A DNA stretch of 64,000 nt from Fimicolochytrium jonesii (Eukaryota): contig NW_026515678.1 of the NCBI RefSeq assembly GCF_025526975.1, positions 310,001 through 374,000 on the forward strand. Reading direction: 5' to 3'. Shown here piece by piece: positions 10,516 to 21,477 of the stretch. Every line of letters begins with the position of its first letter. Positions within the stretch are counted from its first letter, which is position 1. The position numbers and the translations under genes were made by a program. The notes beneath the pieces were generated by a model. The model ran no database searches. It saw only the letters and a list, made by a program, of their open reading frames with translations, and had not been told where the DNA came from.

Positions 10516-11003
10516 TTAACCGAACATTCCAGAATCATAGAATGTTCTTTTCGGAGGTTGTGGCGGTAGATACTCTTGTGGGACTTCAAGTTTCGGAGGT
10601 TCTTTGAAAGTTTTCTTGGTCGCTTTTTTCTTATAAACGACTTCTTCCTCGGTATCGCTATCTGAGATATAAACAACCTTCTTCTTTTTCTTTTTTGGCA
10701 CAGGAGTGTTCTTACGTTTCGTGACTACAACCTCTTCTTCACTCGAATCTGACATAATAGTATCCCGGTTTGCCTGGGACTTTTTCGCGCTCCGGGAAGT
10801 TGACGTTTCTTTTTTTTTGGCCTGTTCCTCCTCTTCGCGTTTCTTTTGCTTTGCTATCCTTGCTTTTTCCAGATTCTCCCTTTGACGTTCGGTGATTGGC
10901 ATTTTGGCTTTTTTTTTTGGTTCTTCAACCGTTTTGCTGGGGTAGTCGGGGGTGTTTCAACCGGGGTCTCTACCGTAGAAGGCGGTAACTCTGTGCTAGA
11001 CAT
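10516..11003 (-). CDS. Small Lys-rich viral protein (TERQRENLEKAR motif); probable true start 11003 with a 1-nt frameshift near 10932-10935
   Basis: ORF 10516-10902; upstream ATG 11003 reads MSSTELPPSTVETPVETPPTTPAK and joins TVEEPKKKAKMPITERQ if one A is added to an A4 run. Confidence 0.55.
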
Positions 11004-11025
11004 CTCTAATTTCTAGCCTAGAAAA

Positions 11026-11748
11026 TTAAACATCTTGGGTTTCGTCTGCAACCGCGATACGCAGATAGATCGGGCCTCTAAAGTTCGACACAGGACGGTG
11101 TGTATCTCCATCCAACAACATGAGATCGATACTCGATAATGTGGAACCGCAGTACATCCATTCCATAACTGGTGCGTAATTGATGATGCTTCCCGATTGA
11201 CTGTTAGGGATCATGCAAAGGACGTTCATAGATCGCGCTCCCAGATAGATAGAGAAGTTGCTTGTAAGGGAGTTGGAAGCAAGCAGATACACGCCGGTAT
11301 TGCTGAGGTCTATCTGATAAGGTCAGGTATACGATGCGCTTTTGTTTGGGGTAAACGACTTTTCGCTACCCAAGATCCTATATGCCGTTGTCCCAGAGGC
11401 GCCGGAACCTATCTTGAACGGTGCGCTAGATGTGATAGTGAGTCGTTTTGTACCGCTGTCTATGCCTACCGAATAATCCTGATCGCCCCCTTCATTTAGG
11501 GCTCTGTCTATCTCCGTTGGAAAGGTCCCTTGATTAAAGTAGCCTTCATTCAAGGTAGCGACCTTTCGCGATCCGTTGTCTTCAAAGAAAACGATGGTGT
11601 TGTTTTCCAAATTGACAGGATACTCCATAGTCGAAGGGATAATGATCTCTTTGACCTTGTGCCACTGACAGGATATCGGGGAGATTTGAAAGACAGGATT
11701 TGCAGGGTCGTCCGACAAAGATGAGTTCAAGAGTATTTCATTTATCAT
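11026..11748 (-). pseudogene. Minor capsid protein (penton, single jelly-roll) with in-frame TGA at 11323-11325
   Basis: ORFs 11323-11748 and 11026-11292 share a frame; ILLNSS..F..IIIP..YPVNLENNTIVF..TLNEGYF..LSSIDLMLLD..NFRG pattern of Polinton/PLV pentons; ~240 aa. Confidence 0.75.
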
Positions 11749-11778
11749 TTTCTTCTATAGTATGTGTAATAGAAAAAG

Positions 11779-12495
11779 ATGACCAAAACGGAACGGAGAT
11801 TGTGGAAGGTTGAACCTATCCATATCCCAAAGGATCTTCAACGATACCCACATGATAAAACAAAGAATACTGGATTTCCAGAAATGTTCTGCAATATCGC
11901 GATTACTGGTTCGGTACGCGCCGGAAAGACCACACTTGAAACTTTTCTTGTTGACAACATGATAAAGGCGTACAGAAAATGTATCGTTTTTTCCCCGAAC
12001 GCGAAAACGGACGAGAAATGGCTGGCAGTGGGCCGGAAACACAAGGACAAGATCCTGTTCAAGACGGAACTATCGAACGAGGTCCTGAACGAAGTGGTGA
12101 ACCTACAAAGAAATCTTTTCGAGAGCGATGTAGACGACACATTATTGTTGTGTTTCGACGATTACGGAACGGGTGTGAAATTCCGAAATGATTACGGAGC
12201 GGCACTTGATTCTCTTGCTACGAAATATCGCTGGGCTGGGATCTCAGTAATCGGCGCTTATCACGGTTTTAAGCAGCTCTCGCCGATATGTAGAGCGCAG
12301 ATCTCGCATTACTTCCTTTTCAGGATGTCCGATGCCGAGGTTAAAAAGGTACCGCCTGAAATTAGATGTCATTTAAGCGATACGCAGTTTCAAGAGAAAC
12401 TTGCAAGCGCTACGCAGGAACCGTTTTCGTTTCTATATATCAATACACGAAGTCCCACAAACGAAGGAGTATTCCACGAGAATGTTATCGGGTAG
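11779..12495 (+). CDS. A32-like FtsK/HerA genome-packaging ATPase
   Basis: Walker A GSVRAGKT, Walker B LLLCFDD, KYRWAGIS (usually RHxxIS), SPICRAQ arginine-finger region. Confidence 0.9.
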   Translation: MTKTERRLWKVEPIHIPKDLQRYPHDKTKNTGFPEMFCNIAITGSVRAGKTTLETFLVDNMIKAYRKCIVFSPNAKTDEKWLAVGRKHKDKILFKTELSNEVLNEVVNLQRNLFESDVDDTLLLCFDDYGTGVKFRNDYGAALDSLATKYRWAGISVIGAYHGFKQLSPICRAQISHYFLFRMSDAEVKKVPPEIRCHLSDTQFQEKLASATQEPFSFLYINTRSPTNEGVFHENVIG

Positions 12496-12541
12496 TGATA
12501 TTTGCGGTTCAATGTAGATTTATTTTGTAACATATCTACAA

Positions 12542-12784
12542 ATGATGTTTGACAACTACTGGAACGGAACGGATAGGCTAACAAAAGAGGGCATGGATGC
12601 AATGATCACCAATCTTTCGCAAGATAAACTTTGGTCGGATCTCCCGCCGCAGTTACGTGAAGAGATGTTCACCAAACTACGTCGCGAGGTATGCGTCGAT
12701 ATCCTCCAAAAGCATCTTGATGATGTTGCAGAGAAGAAAGCGCCTGCCGCCCGCCGGACCCGAGCGGTAAAGGAAGCAGAATAA
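12542..12784 (+). CDS. Small hypothetical viral protein
   Basis: 80-aa ORF right after the ATPase, AAATG start context. Confidence 0.5.
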   Translation: MMFDNYWNGTDRLTKEGMDAMITNLSQDKLWSDLPPQLREEMFTKLRREVCVDILQKHLDDVAEKKAPAARRTRAVKEAE

Positions 12785-13095
12785 GGTTCCCAACATAGTC
12801 CGGAATGACTATAAACTATCAGGGCATGACGCCACCACCAAATAGAGCCATTTTTGCATATGTTGGATTGTTTTTGAGAACGCCTTTTATCGAGCGTAAC
12901 CCATGCAAAAGCCCTGCACACAATCGATAAATGCTGATGATTCCGAGCGACCAAGAAACGGGTCAAGCTTAACCTTGTTTGTTAATAAAGGAAAGATTCG
13001 TATCATTCGACTATGTACAGAGAAATCGCATACGAAAAAGTGAAAAGTGACTGAACTAAGCTAAACTAAACTAAACTACGGTACTGGTTGACTAA

Positions 13096-14022
13096 CTACT
13101 CCTCCTGCTCCTCCGCATCGATAGATTCGGAAGGCACGAGTACGATCGGAGACCTTCTGTTGGTGCATTGTTTAGCATGTGAACCGTGATTCTTATACGT
13201 TTTACCACAATCCTCGCAGGTTCTGGTTGGTCTTTCTCCCGCCAAGCCTGAGCTATCCTCCACTTCATCACCGTCATCATCAAGAACGATACGTTTTCGT
13301 TTGCCCGCCGTTGTTGGTCTGTTCTCAGGTTTCGAACGTAATGCTTGTTCCTCTGCAGGCTTCTCTGCGTACTTCTTGCATGTTTTCGATTTCCAATTCC
13401 TATGACCTTTTCCACCGCAATTGGTACAGACTTGCTTAGCCATCTCACTTTCGTGATTGGGACAATCGATACTTGTCCAATCGAGATGTCCTTCATGTTG
13501 ACAATCCTTACAAGGACGTGCAACATCTGCGATCAACTTTGAAGGGTCGGTCTCCGATGGTGTCGCAGAGGTGGTCGCTGCCTGCTGAGCCTCCGCGAGT
13601 TTCTTTTCCAAGTCAGCTATACGTTGTTGTTCGGGAGTGAGTGTGGGTGCTGTATATTCAGCGTACCATAGCTGTAATTTATTGCGTATAGTCGGATTGC
13701 GATCGAGAAAACGCTGCGTGTTAGGACTCTCCATGAATTTGCGAAAGGCATCCGGATTGACCAATTGCGCTCGAAGCGAGAAGTCGTATCTGAGGAACGT
13801 TCTCGCCAATTTTGCTTCGATGTCGCTTAGGAGCTCGTTCATCTCTGTGTACATGGTGTGATGTGTGGTCACAGCTTTCATGAACTCGGATTCATTCCAT
13901 CCGTGTTTATCAATCGCTTGAGCTAGATTCATCTTGTTTGCGCTGCTGCCTTGAAGTGCAAAGGCAGCGCTCCCAACGAGAGACGTCATGCGTTCGGAAG
14001 GAGTTTTAGGTTGAAGAGACAT
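13096..14022 (-). CDS. Zinc-knuckle / zinc-finger protein
   Basis: CKDCQHEGH..C, CTNCGGKGH..C and CEDCGKTYKNHGSHAKQC motifs; KRKR NLS-like motif; helical N-terminus. Confidence 0.7.
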   Translation of the reverse strand: MSLQPKTPSERMTSLVGSAAFALQGSSANKMNLAQAIDKHGWNESEFMKAVTTHHTMYTEMNELLSDIEAKLARTFLRYDFSLRAQLVNPDAFRKFMESPNTQRFLDRNPTIRNKLQLWYAEYTAPTLTPEQQRIADLEKKLAEAQQAATTSATPSETDPSKLIADVARPCKDCQHEGHLDWTSIDCPNHESEMAKQVCTNCGGKGHRNWKSKTCKKYAEKPAEEQALRSKPENRPTTAGKRKRIVLDDDGDEVEDSSGLAGERPTRTCEDCGKTYKNHGSHAKQCTNRRSPIVLVPSESIDAEEQEE

Positions 14023-14040
14023 ATTGTAGATTGTTTCGAG

Positions 14041-14110
14041 AGGTTTGTGAAGGCTTCTGAAGGCTTGCTGAGGTTGCGAAAGGCTTAGGAAGGCTTAGGA
14101 AGGTTGTGAA
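14041..14110 (+). repeat. 10-bp tandem repeat (AGGCTTNNGA), 7 units
   Basis: aggtttgtga aggcttctga aggcttgctg aggttgcgaa aggcttagga aggcttagga aggttgtgaa. Confidence 0.85.
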
Positions 14111-14304
14111 GGATTTTTGATGAAGTTCTGAAACTTTTGTTACCGCTCGGTTTGCTGTTGCAGTTGAGAGGTGAAGAAAAACGGAAAGGGGAAAGCGATA
14201 ACGACTCTTTATTTATAACTTGCAGACTACGGATTTTCTTTCCGAAGAAAGAAAGGAAAATGCAAGGTTACATCATTTTTTACTTACGATATTAAAAAGA
14301 GATC

Positions 14305-15360
14305 ATGTTACCGCTGGATATCGAAAGTAGATTGCGGAATCTTTACTACGATCCGGAAACGGGGTTCACTTCGGCAGCAAGACTTTTCCAGACCGCAAAG
14401 AATTCAGGGCTGAAAGTAACGTTAAAGGATGTCCAAACCTTTGTTGCAAAGCAGCAAATCGCTCAGTTGCATTCACAACCCAGAAAAGAACGCGACTTTC
14501 TGCATATCGTCAGTCCTGAAATAGATGCAATATGGCAAGCGGACCTTATCGACTTGCCTAAATTAGCGACAGCAAACGACGGTTACCGTTACATTCTCAC
14601 CATAGTCGATGTTTACAGTCGTTTTGCATTCTGCGTGTCTTTACGCAACAAAGACGGGAAATCCGTCGCTGCTGGGCTTCAGAACCTTTTTCAAAAATCT
14701 GGTCGGAAGCCTTCCTACAGTTTGTCAACCGATGCAGGTCGAGAATTTCTCAACGCGGATGTAAAGGCTTTATTGACAAAACACGGTATAACGCATTATT
14801 TCGCCCAAGCTGGGGATCATACGCGACTCGGTGTCATCGAACGATTTAACAGAACTTTGAAAGACTATCTATCTCGCTATTTCACAGCGACGAAGCAAAA
14901 GACCTATGTGAACGCGTTACAACTATTCGTACGTAACTACAACAGCCAGCGTCACGGAACGATAAAGGAAAAGCCTAAAGATGTTGAAAAAGGGAGTAGA
15001 CCCGATAGCCTATCACAAGACGTATCAGCACTGCAAAAGTTCAAATCCTTTAACATAGGCGATAATGTACGCTTACTACTACAAAGAAACGTATTCTCGG
15101 AGGGATATGTACCGAGATGGTCACAAGAGGTCTTTATCATAGGAGGCGTACTCGGCTATTCCTACGAGATCTACAACATGAAAGGAGAGCGCCAGACTAG
15201 AACCTACAAACCGCACGAACTGAAAAAGGTAACCGATACAGTAGAAAAGACCCCGGCTGGTGTGTCCGAAGTGGCTAGGCTGAGAGGCACAAGTCTGATT
15301 TACAATGAAGGAAAACGTGTTTCCAAACGCAACGGCCGATATGATGCTGATTTCGTATAG
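14305..15360 (+). CDS. Retroviral-like (rve) DDE integrase of Polinton/Maverick type
   Basis: YYDP..GF, WQADLIDL, YILTIVDVYSRF, STDAGREF, IERFNRTLK, YNSQRHGTI, IGDNVR..FSEGYVPRWSQEVF. Confidence 0.95.
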   Translation: MLPLDIESRLRNLYYDPETGFTSAARLFQTAKNSGLKVTLKDVQTFVAKQQIAQLHSQPRKERDFLHIVSPEIDAIWQADLIDLPKLATANDGYRYILTIVDVYSRFAFCVSLRNKDGKSVAAGLQNLFQKSGRKPSYSLSTDAGREFLNADVKALLTKHGITHYFAQAGDHTRLGVIERFNRTLKDYLSRYFTATKQKTYVNALQLFVRNYNSQRHGTIKEKPKDVEKGSRPDSLSQDVSALQKFKSFNIGDNVRLLLQRNVFSEGYVPRWSQEVFIIGGVLGYSYEIYNMKGERQTRTYKPHELKKVTDTVEKTPAGVSEVARLRGTSLIYNEGKRVSKRNGRYDADFV

Positions 15361-15502
15361 GTCATGGGTTGTCTCTTATGATATCATCGCGTACTGACAG
15401 AAAAAGCTTGTGCCGTAATAATGCAAAAGTGCGGGTATAAACGAAAAGTATTTAACTGCTGAGTGTACTATAACAAATTAGAACCTAAATATACATTCAA
15501 CA

Positions 15503-18500
15503 ATGTCCGACAAATTCGTTAATCCGTTCACCAATCGCTCAGTTCAAGAGGCTTCACGAACTTTCAAGAGCACATTGAAACGTGTGCGCAACAGCGACTT
15601 TACTGCCACTGACGTAAAAAATCAGCAGGCTCTTGACGCACTTAAAAATCACCCTGGTATCCCTCGCAAGAAACGTAGAATCGCTGCAGTTGCACCTGTG
15701 GCGCCTGTTGTTGATGGCCGAGCCTTAGCCAGACAGATCTATGACCCTGATGCGGTTCGAGATGCTCTCAGTCGTCGTGACGTTTTGAGTGAATATCGCG
15801 CTGCGAAACAGGCTGTTCATCATAGAAGACTCAACGTCAAGGGTTTCGGAATTTTCGACTTTCCTTACATCTCCTCCAAGGATCTCACAAAACGTATCAA
15901 AATCAGTATTCACGACACTAGCCCTACCGCATACAATGTCAATTTTGGTTTCGCTTACATGTTGAGAAATATTCAGTATAATCCTGACGATGAAAATGAC
16001 ATTGAGTATAAGATCTATCACCCGAACTCCAATACCCGACTTTGAAAACCCTGGTGTGGTAAAAGATAATGCTACCTTCTACTCTGTCATCGGAAAACTT
16101 CTGCAGTTTATCAAAGACCTCGCCGATCGTGTCGACCGACCAGATACAAAATGGACTTTTGTTAAGTTGTTTGATTTACGCATACAAGACAAGTCTCGAT
16201 TTTTGTCTCGGGGCTGATATCGAACTTCCTCAGTTTATCTTAACCAGTAAGGCGATCGCCAGTTTCAAGGGTGTGAAGAACAATCTTTGTTTCTGGGCCT
16301 GCTTGGCTGCTGGCTTGGACGACTCGGTAAAGAAAAAGAAAGATTACGATCGGTATAAAGCAAAGGCTAAGAAGTTGTGGTGTGAATTCTACAAGAAAAA
16401 GAAATTCAACAAGGAGTACCCTGGAATGCAAATGACCGACATCGATAATGTCGAAGCGCATTTCAACTGCAGGATTAACGTTTACGAACTCTTCAAACTC
16501 AGCGAAGATGGGAAAAAGAAAAAATGTGCCTTACAACGTTCTCCAGAACGACTGGACGGTAAAGAGATCAACGTCAACCTATACTCTGCTGATGAGGGTA
16601 TTCATCACTTTTCGCTTATCACGGATTTAAGTGTTTATGCGAACATTTACATGTGTTCTATCTGTGAGGGTCTTTATGAGTCTCGTGATAGTTTAAAGAA
16701 ACATCACAATTTGTGTTCCATTCATGCAAGGGTCAAGTTCACCGGGGGTTATTACAACCCTAAATTACCATTATGAAAAACACTTAAGCAAAAGTACGAT
16801 ATCGACGTACCTTACACTACCTATCCTTTCTTTTTCGGTTTTGATACAGAGACATACCGCAACGAAACCTTTGTTAAACCTGTAAACGGTGATAAGTTGA
16901 TCGTGGACGGATTACTCGAACTGATGTCGATGTCCTTTGGATATCACTTTAAAGGAGAAATCTCAGAACCTAGATTCGTCTCCATCGGTGATGAACCCGG
17001 AAAAACCTGTACGAGTCGTGAAATTCTCCACAAGACTGTTCATCTGATGTCCTATGCACGGGAAGGACCTCTGGGTACGATCTACAAGGACTTCGATTGT
17101 GTCTTTAAGGCTATTGAACGTCATGAGGATCTTACTGAAGAGGAAAAATCATCTCTCTGTGGGAAATTGTGTGATTGGATCGAACAAGTACCGGTATATG
17201 GGTTTAATTCATCCTCTTTCGATATGAATGTCCTAAAGCACAACCTTGCGTCTGTGTTGCAGGACTTTGCGAAACCACGCGGCTTGATATCGATGGTTGA
17301 AAAGGCATACACATCAGAGATCCTTAAACGATTCAAGCCTGAACAGGTGCGCTGTGGCACCTGTAAGATATCCATCAAGATCCCCGGAAGACAAAAACCA
17401 CTCGAACCGGATTTCGCTATCCCTCACGAGAAATTGATAGTGGAAGTATTAGGATGTTTTTGGCACAGGTGCATGAAGTGCTATAAACCAGAAGATATCA
17501 ATAGACGTATCAATGTTTCCTTCGGCGAACTGAATAGGAGGACGCAATGGCGAAAACAACAACTTGAATCTCTAGGATGGACTGTTGAGGAAGTGTGGGT
17601 TTGTGATTGGCTCGCAGAACAGAAGGAAAAAGGCGAGCGGATCACCACAATCTCTGGAATCATCAAGATGGGAAACGCATATCGTTCTTTGAACAATGGA
17701 GAATTCCACTTTAAAGACATCAAAGGATTTCTAGATCCTTCTGCCTCACTCGACAAGTTTATCAAAATGTATGACTGCAAAATGCAAAAGTTACGTTTTC
17801 CGCACGGATTGACCGGAAATGTGTCAAAATTCGTTGAAATGAATCCAGTGTACACAGACATCTTCAATGAACAAGGTGTTGCCGGTCTTTTGAGGACCGT
17901 TCGTGTGGAAGACGTATCACGAGACTGGTATACCAAATTGTCGGGAAAAGTTGCTATCTCTGAAGAAGTCTACGACAAGGTTATACAGGATGCGAAAGCC
18001 TTCCGAAGGCTTCCTGAGTCTTCCGAAGGTTCGCAAACTCTCTTGGAACTTCTCGAAATATACAACAATGCAGATGTTGTCCCTATGTGTGAAGCGATCG
18101 CAAAACACCACGAATACTTCACTGAACTTGGAGTGGACTTCCACAAAGACTGCTTGTCTCTTCCTGGTGCTGCGTGTTCGATCATCTTCAACGGTATCCC
18201 GACGGCTCCTACAGAAACTCCCGAATTTGCATTGTGGAAGGAGGAAGACAGAGATCTTTACTTTGATTTCTATGCTGGTGCTATGCAAGGCGGACCGTCT
18301 ATAGTCTTCAATCATTACGGTAAAGTGGGTGAAACGACCATTCGCGGTACAGAGAACAAATGTCAAAGTATGATCGGAATCGACTGTAACTCTCTATATC
18401 CTTTTGGTATAGCCCAGGACATGCCTCTAGGAGATTACACTACCGATCGGTCTCCCAACCATGAGACCGTTATCTCTGGTATTCAAAGTGATATCTTGTT

Positions 18501-19638
18501 CGGGTTTGTGAAGTGTGATATCGATTGCCCCGAACACCTGAAGAATTACTTTAGCGAATTCAGTCCGATTTTTCATAACGACGACATCATAGGAAAGGAC
18601 GGTAAAACTTCCAGGAAATTGATCGGTACTACGTCTGGGAAGAATCTTTGGCTTAGTACACCTTTGCTCAAATGGTATCTGAACCATGGACTTTTGATCT
18701 CAAACATCAGGACCACCATTTTCTACGAACAACGCGGGAGATGTTTCGAGTGGTTTGTGAACTACTTTGCTAATGAACGTCGTAAGGGAGACCTGAAGAA
18801 AGAATACGCTTTGAAGGCAAACAACGCTAAACTGATTCTAAACAGTTCATACGGAAAAACCATCACCAATTTCGAGAAACACCTAGATGTCAAAATTGTA
18901 TCTGAAAAGCAATTGGCTCGTCAGGTTCGGAAAACGACTTACAAACAACTGACCGTCTTGGACCAGATGTTCGAGATGGACTTTACAAAGAAATCTTACG
19001 AACAGTATCTACCCCTTCAAATTGGTTTCATGGTCTATGGATACGCTAAACTGAGGATGTTGGAATTCTATTACGACTTTCTCGACGTGTACGTTCCAAG
19101 GGAAAAATTCGAACTACACATGATGGATACTGACTCCTTATACATGTCTCTGGCTGGAACTGAACTGGATGATCTCGTTCGGCCTGAGTTATTGGACAAG
19201 TACGAAGATGATAAGAAAAACTGGCTCGTAACAACTGATTTCGATTTTCGGACACCAGGACTCTTTAAACTGGAGTGGAAAGGTCTTGCACTCATAGCAC
19301 TCGCACCCAAGTTATACTACGCCTTTGGAGAAAAAGCGAAGGATCATAAGTTCAGTTGCAAAGGAACGAACAAGGAACAAAACAAGGACATGATGACTTA
19401 TGAAACTTACAAGAACGTTTATAAGAACAAAGACATCAAAGTCTTAAAGAAGTCGAAGAATAAGAAGGGAGAGGAGAAGGAGAAGGAAGACATCTATTCA
19501 GTAGAAACGAAAAATACCGGATTGTGAGTCTTTGATAGTCTACTTTACCGCTACACACAAAACAAAAAGGGTCTCAGTTGTCGTCAAGACAAGCGAAAGC
19601 TGCAATCTGATGGCCAATCTACATTACCTCTTTACTAG
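15503..19638 (+). pseudogene. Protein-primed family B DNA polymerase (pPolB) with N-terminal extension and internal Vsr-like nuclease; two frameshifts and two in-frame TGA
   Basis: RPDTKWTF, NNLCFWACLA, ExoI FDTET (16840-16854), ExoII FNSSSFD, ExoIII YNNADV, motif A IDCNSLYP, B KLILNSSYGK, C MDTDS, C-terminal YTQNKKGLS..DKR..DGQSTLPL after TGA 19525; frameshifts near 16040 and 16180; TGA at 16774. Confidence 0.93.
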
Positions 19639-20024
19639 ATAGAACTCTCTTGTGTCCTTATAATAGTTTCTTCCTCATCTTTATCTTTCCTTTCTTTTCC
19701 CTGTTGATACTCTTGTACGTGGAAGAACAAGTTCTTCATAGTTGTCTTGTGTTTATTCAATATTCTTTTCATTTGCATATCGTCGTAATCCGCCTTGTTC
19801 AGTACAGTCCGCTGATTGAGGTTGATCGTACAAAGATGTTCCCTTTTCTTGAAAAAGGCTAAACCCACATAAGTCGTTACCGGTACGGTCCACGATAAGG
19901 ACCATTGCCGGGTATCCAGGAACTCTGACAAGTCATCCACAAAGTCCGAATAGGCATTGGGATACTGTTTGTCGAAATCAAGTAACATCTCATGACGCTC
20001 GCTTTTGGTAGAGTCAAATTGCAT
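19635..20024 (-). CDS. Hypothetical viral protein
   Basis: 129-aa ORF convergent with and abutting the pPolB stop. Confidence 0.5.
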   Translation of the reverse strand: MQFDSTKSERHEMLLDFDKQYPNAYSDFVDDLSEFLDTRQWSLSWTVPVTTYVGLAFFKKREHLCTINLNQRTVLNKADYDDMQMKRILNKHKTTMKNLFFHVQEYQQGKERKDKDEEETIIRTQESSI

Positions 20025-20169
20025 AGTGAAGAACTTTTCTTAAAATAAGACGATACAAAGATTATCACAATCTAAACGCATGTGTTTGTACTTACGATAT
20101 TGCGGTTACATCACAGCGTAGTTATATAAAGAAGAAGACGTGTCTTTTCAAGCGTACTTCTAACTTACA

Positions 20170-20973
20170 ATGGACAACCTTCCGATTGAATTGCTTGAAA
20201 TGATAGTTGCCTACCTTCCTACGACATCTATTTATCGAATGCGGAAGGTTTCAGAAAGTTGGAAAAAATTGTTCAAAGCGGCAGAGATCGGCAGAAACGC
20301 TGAAATTGAGAATAAACTAGTGAAGTATGAAGAGATCGCCTTTCGGATCCATACCGCAAGTCTAGGTTGGTTGGACGTACCAGTTCCTTACCCACCGACT
20401 CACTGTCGAGTAGTTATCATCGCAAGTCAGAAAATCCTCCAGCTCCTCGGTCACAGATGCTGTTCTAGTATGGTAAATGAAAAGCCGAGAATTGTTATGG
20501 AAAGGTGTAACATAGCGTTTTCGAAGATATACGGTTTTTTCGATGACGCTCTTGATGGGGACGGAAATGAACCATGGTTCGATAGAATCGGCGAACCTAT
20601 TATGAACGGGTTTGTGAAAGGTCTTAACAGCGACTCTGAGCGCGAACCTGAAGGCCAATGGGACGAGTTCATGTCTCTCCTGGACAAGATATATGAGCAT
20701 CTTGAACGAAACAACGACGAAGATCCTATCGATTTGGTTCTCCAAGCAGACAGTTTCAATCCGTACGAGTATTGGGGAAATATTGTCTATGAATTCTGTG
20801 GTGATAATCAGGTAAAAAAGATTTTCAAGCGCGCAGGACTTATCGACTCCTTTGACGATAGTGAGGAGGAGAATAGTGATGCGGAACATAGTGATAGTGA
20901 TGAGGAAGATAGTGATAGTGCGGAGGAAGATAGTGAGTTTATCCAATATTTTAAACAGCAAAATGTGTATTGA
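20170..20973 (+). CDS. Viral F-box protein 1 with acidic C-terminal tail
   Basis: N-terminal MDNLPIELLEMIVAYLPTTSIYRMRKVSESWKKLF matches the F-box consensus LPxElLxxIxxyL....lrxVsKxW. Confidence 0.8.
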   Translation: MDNLPIELLEMIVAYLPTTSIYRMRKVSESWKKLFKAAEIGRNAEIENKLVKYEEIAFRIHTASLGWLDVPVPYPPTHCRVVIIASQKILQLLGHRCCSSMVNEKPRIVMERCNIAFSKIYGFFDDALDGDGNEPWFDRIGEPIMNGFVKGLNSDSEREPEGQWDEFMSLLDKIYEHLERNNDEDPIDLVLQADSFNPYEYWGNIVYEFCGDNQVKKIFKRAGLIDSFDDSEEENSDAEHSDSDEEDSDSAEEDSEFIQYFKQQNVY

Positions 20974-21477
20974 TTAATTAACGGAGTTACAAATGATATC
21001 AGTCATCTTTCTAATCAGCAAAGTGTTAACGAACTCCGGTGCAGCTACATAATGCATTCCAACCCTTTTGAGCTCATCCTTTGTCCTCCCTTCGATAATC
21101 GTTCCAGCTTCTACCCTAATAGACTTTCCTCTGACCATCGCGACATTGTACATCTGATTTGTGACGACATCATAAACTTTGCCCTCATCATCCTCAAGCC
21201 AAACATGTGCATCAACACCACCTGGCTTAACAAATTTCTGAAAAGTCTTCCATGACTCTCCTCCATACTCGAAAAAAAGTGTCTTGCGCCCGATTCCAAG
21301 TGAACCAGCAACTAGCTTCAAGTTGTGAACTCTCCATCCATACAAGGAGTTCAACCTGTTATATACAAGGCAAGAATAATCCAGAACAAAGATACCCGCG
21401 CGCAGTTCGTAGACAGGATGGCACGAGTTTGCGACAAAGGGCAAAGGCATAAGCTTGATTGACTTGTTGGCGTACAT
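20974..21477 (-). CDS. Transglutaminase/papain-fold-like hypothetical protein
   Basis: YSCLVYN...DAHVWLEDDEGKVYD gives a Cys-His-Asp order with the HxWxE motif. Confidence 0.5.
   Translation of the reverse strand: MYANKSIKLMPLPFVANSCHPVYELRAGIFVLDYSCLVYNRLNSLYGWRVHNLKLVAGSLGIGRKTLFFEYGGESWKTFQKFVKPGGVDAHVWLEDDEGKVYDVVTNQMYNVAMVRGKSIRVEAGTIIEGRTKDELKRVGMHYVAAPEFVNTLLIRKMTDIICNSVN

Noticed and set aside
12556..12966. 136-aa minus-strand ORF next to the ATPase
   Set aside because: Non-ATG start, overlaps the better-supported plus-strand 80-aa ORF, no motif
11323..19527. TGA recoding (alternative genetic code or readthrough) in viral genes, suggested by three in-frame TGAs
   Set aside because: The contexts imply different residues (likely Arg at 19525, aromatic at 16774, small residue at 11323), an in-frame TAG and several frameshifts also occur, and TGA ends F-box 1 normally; decay or error is simpler
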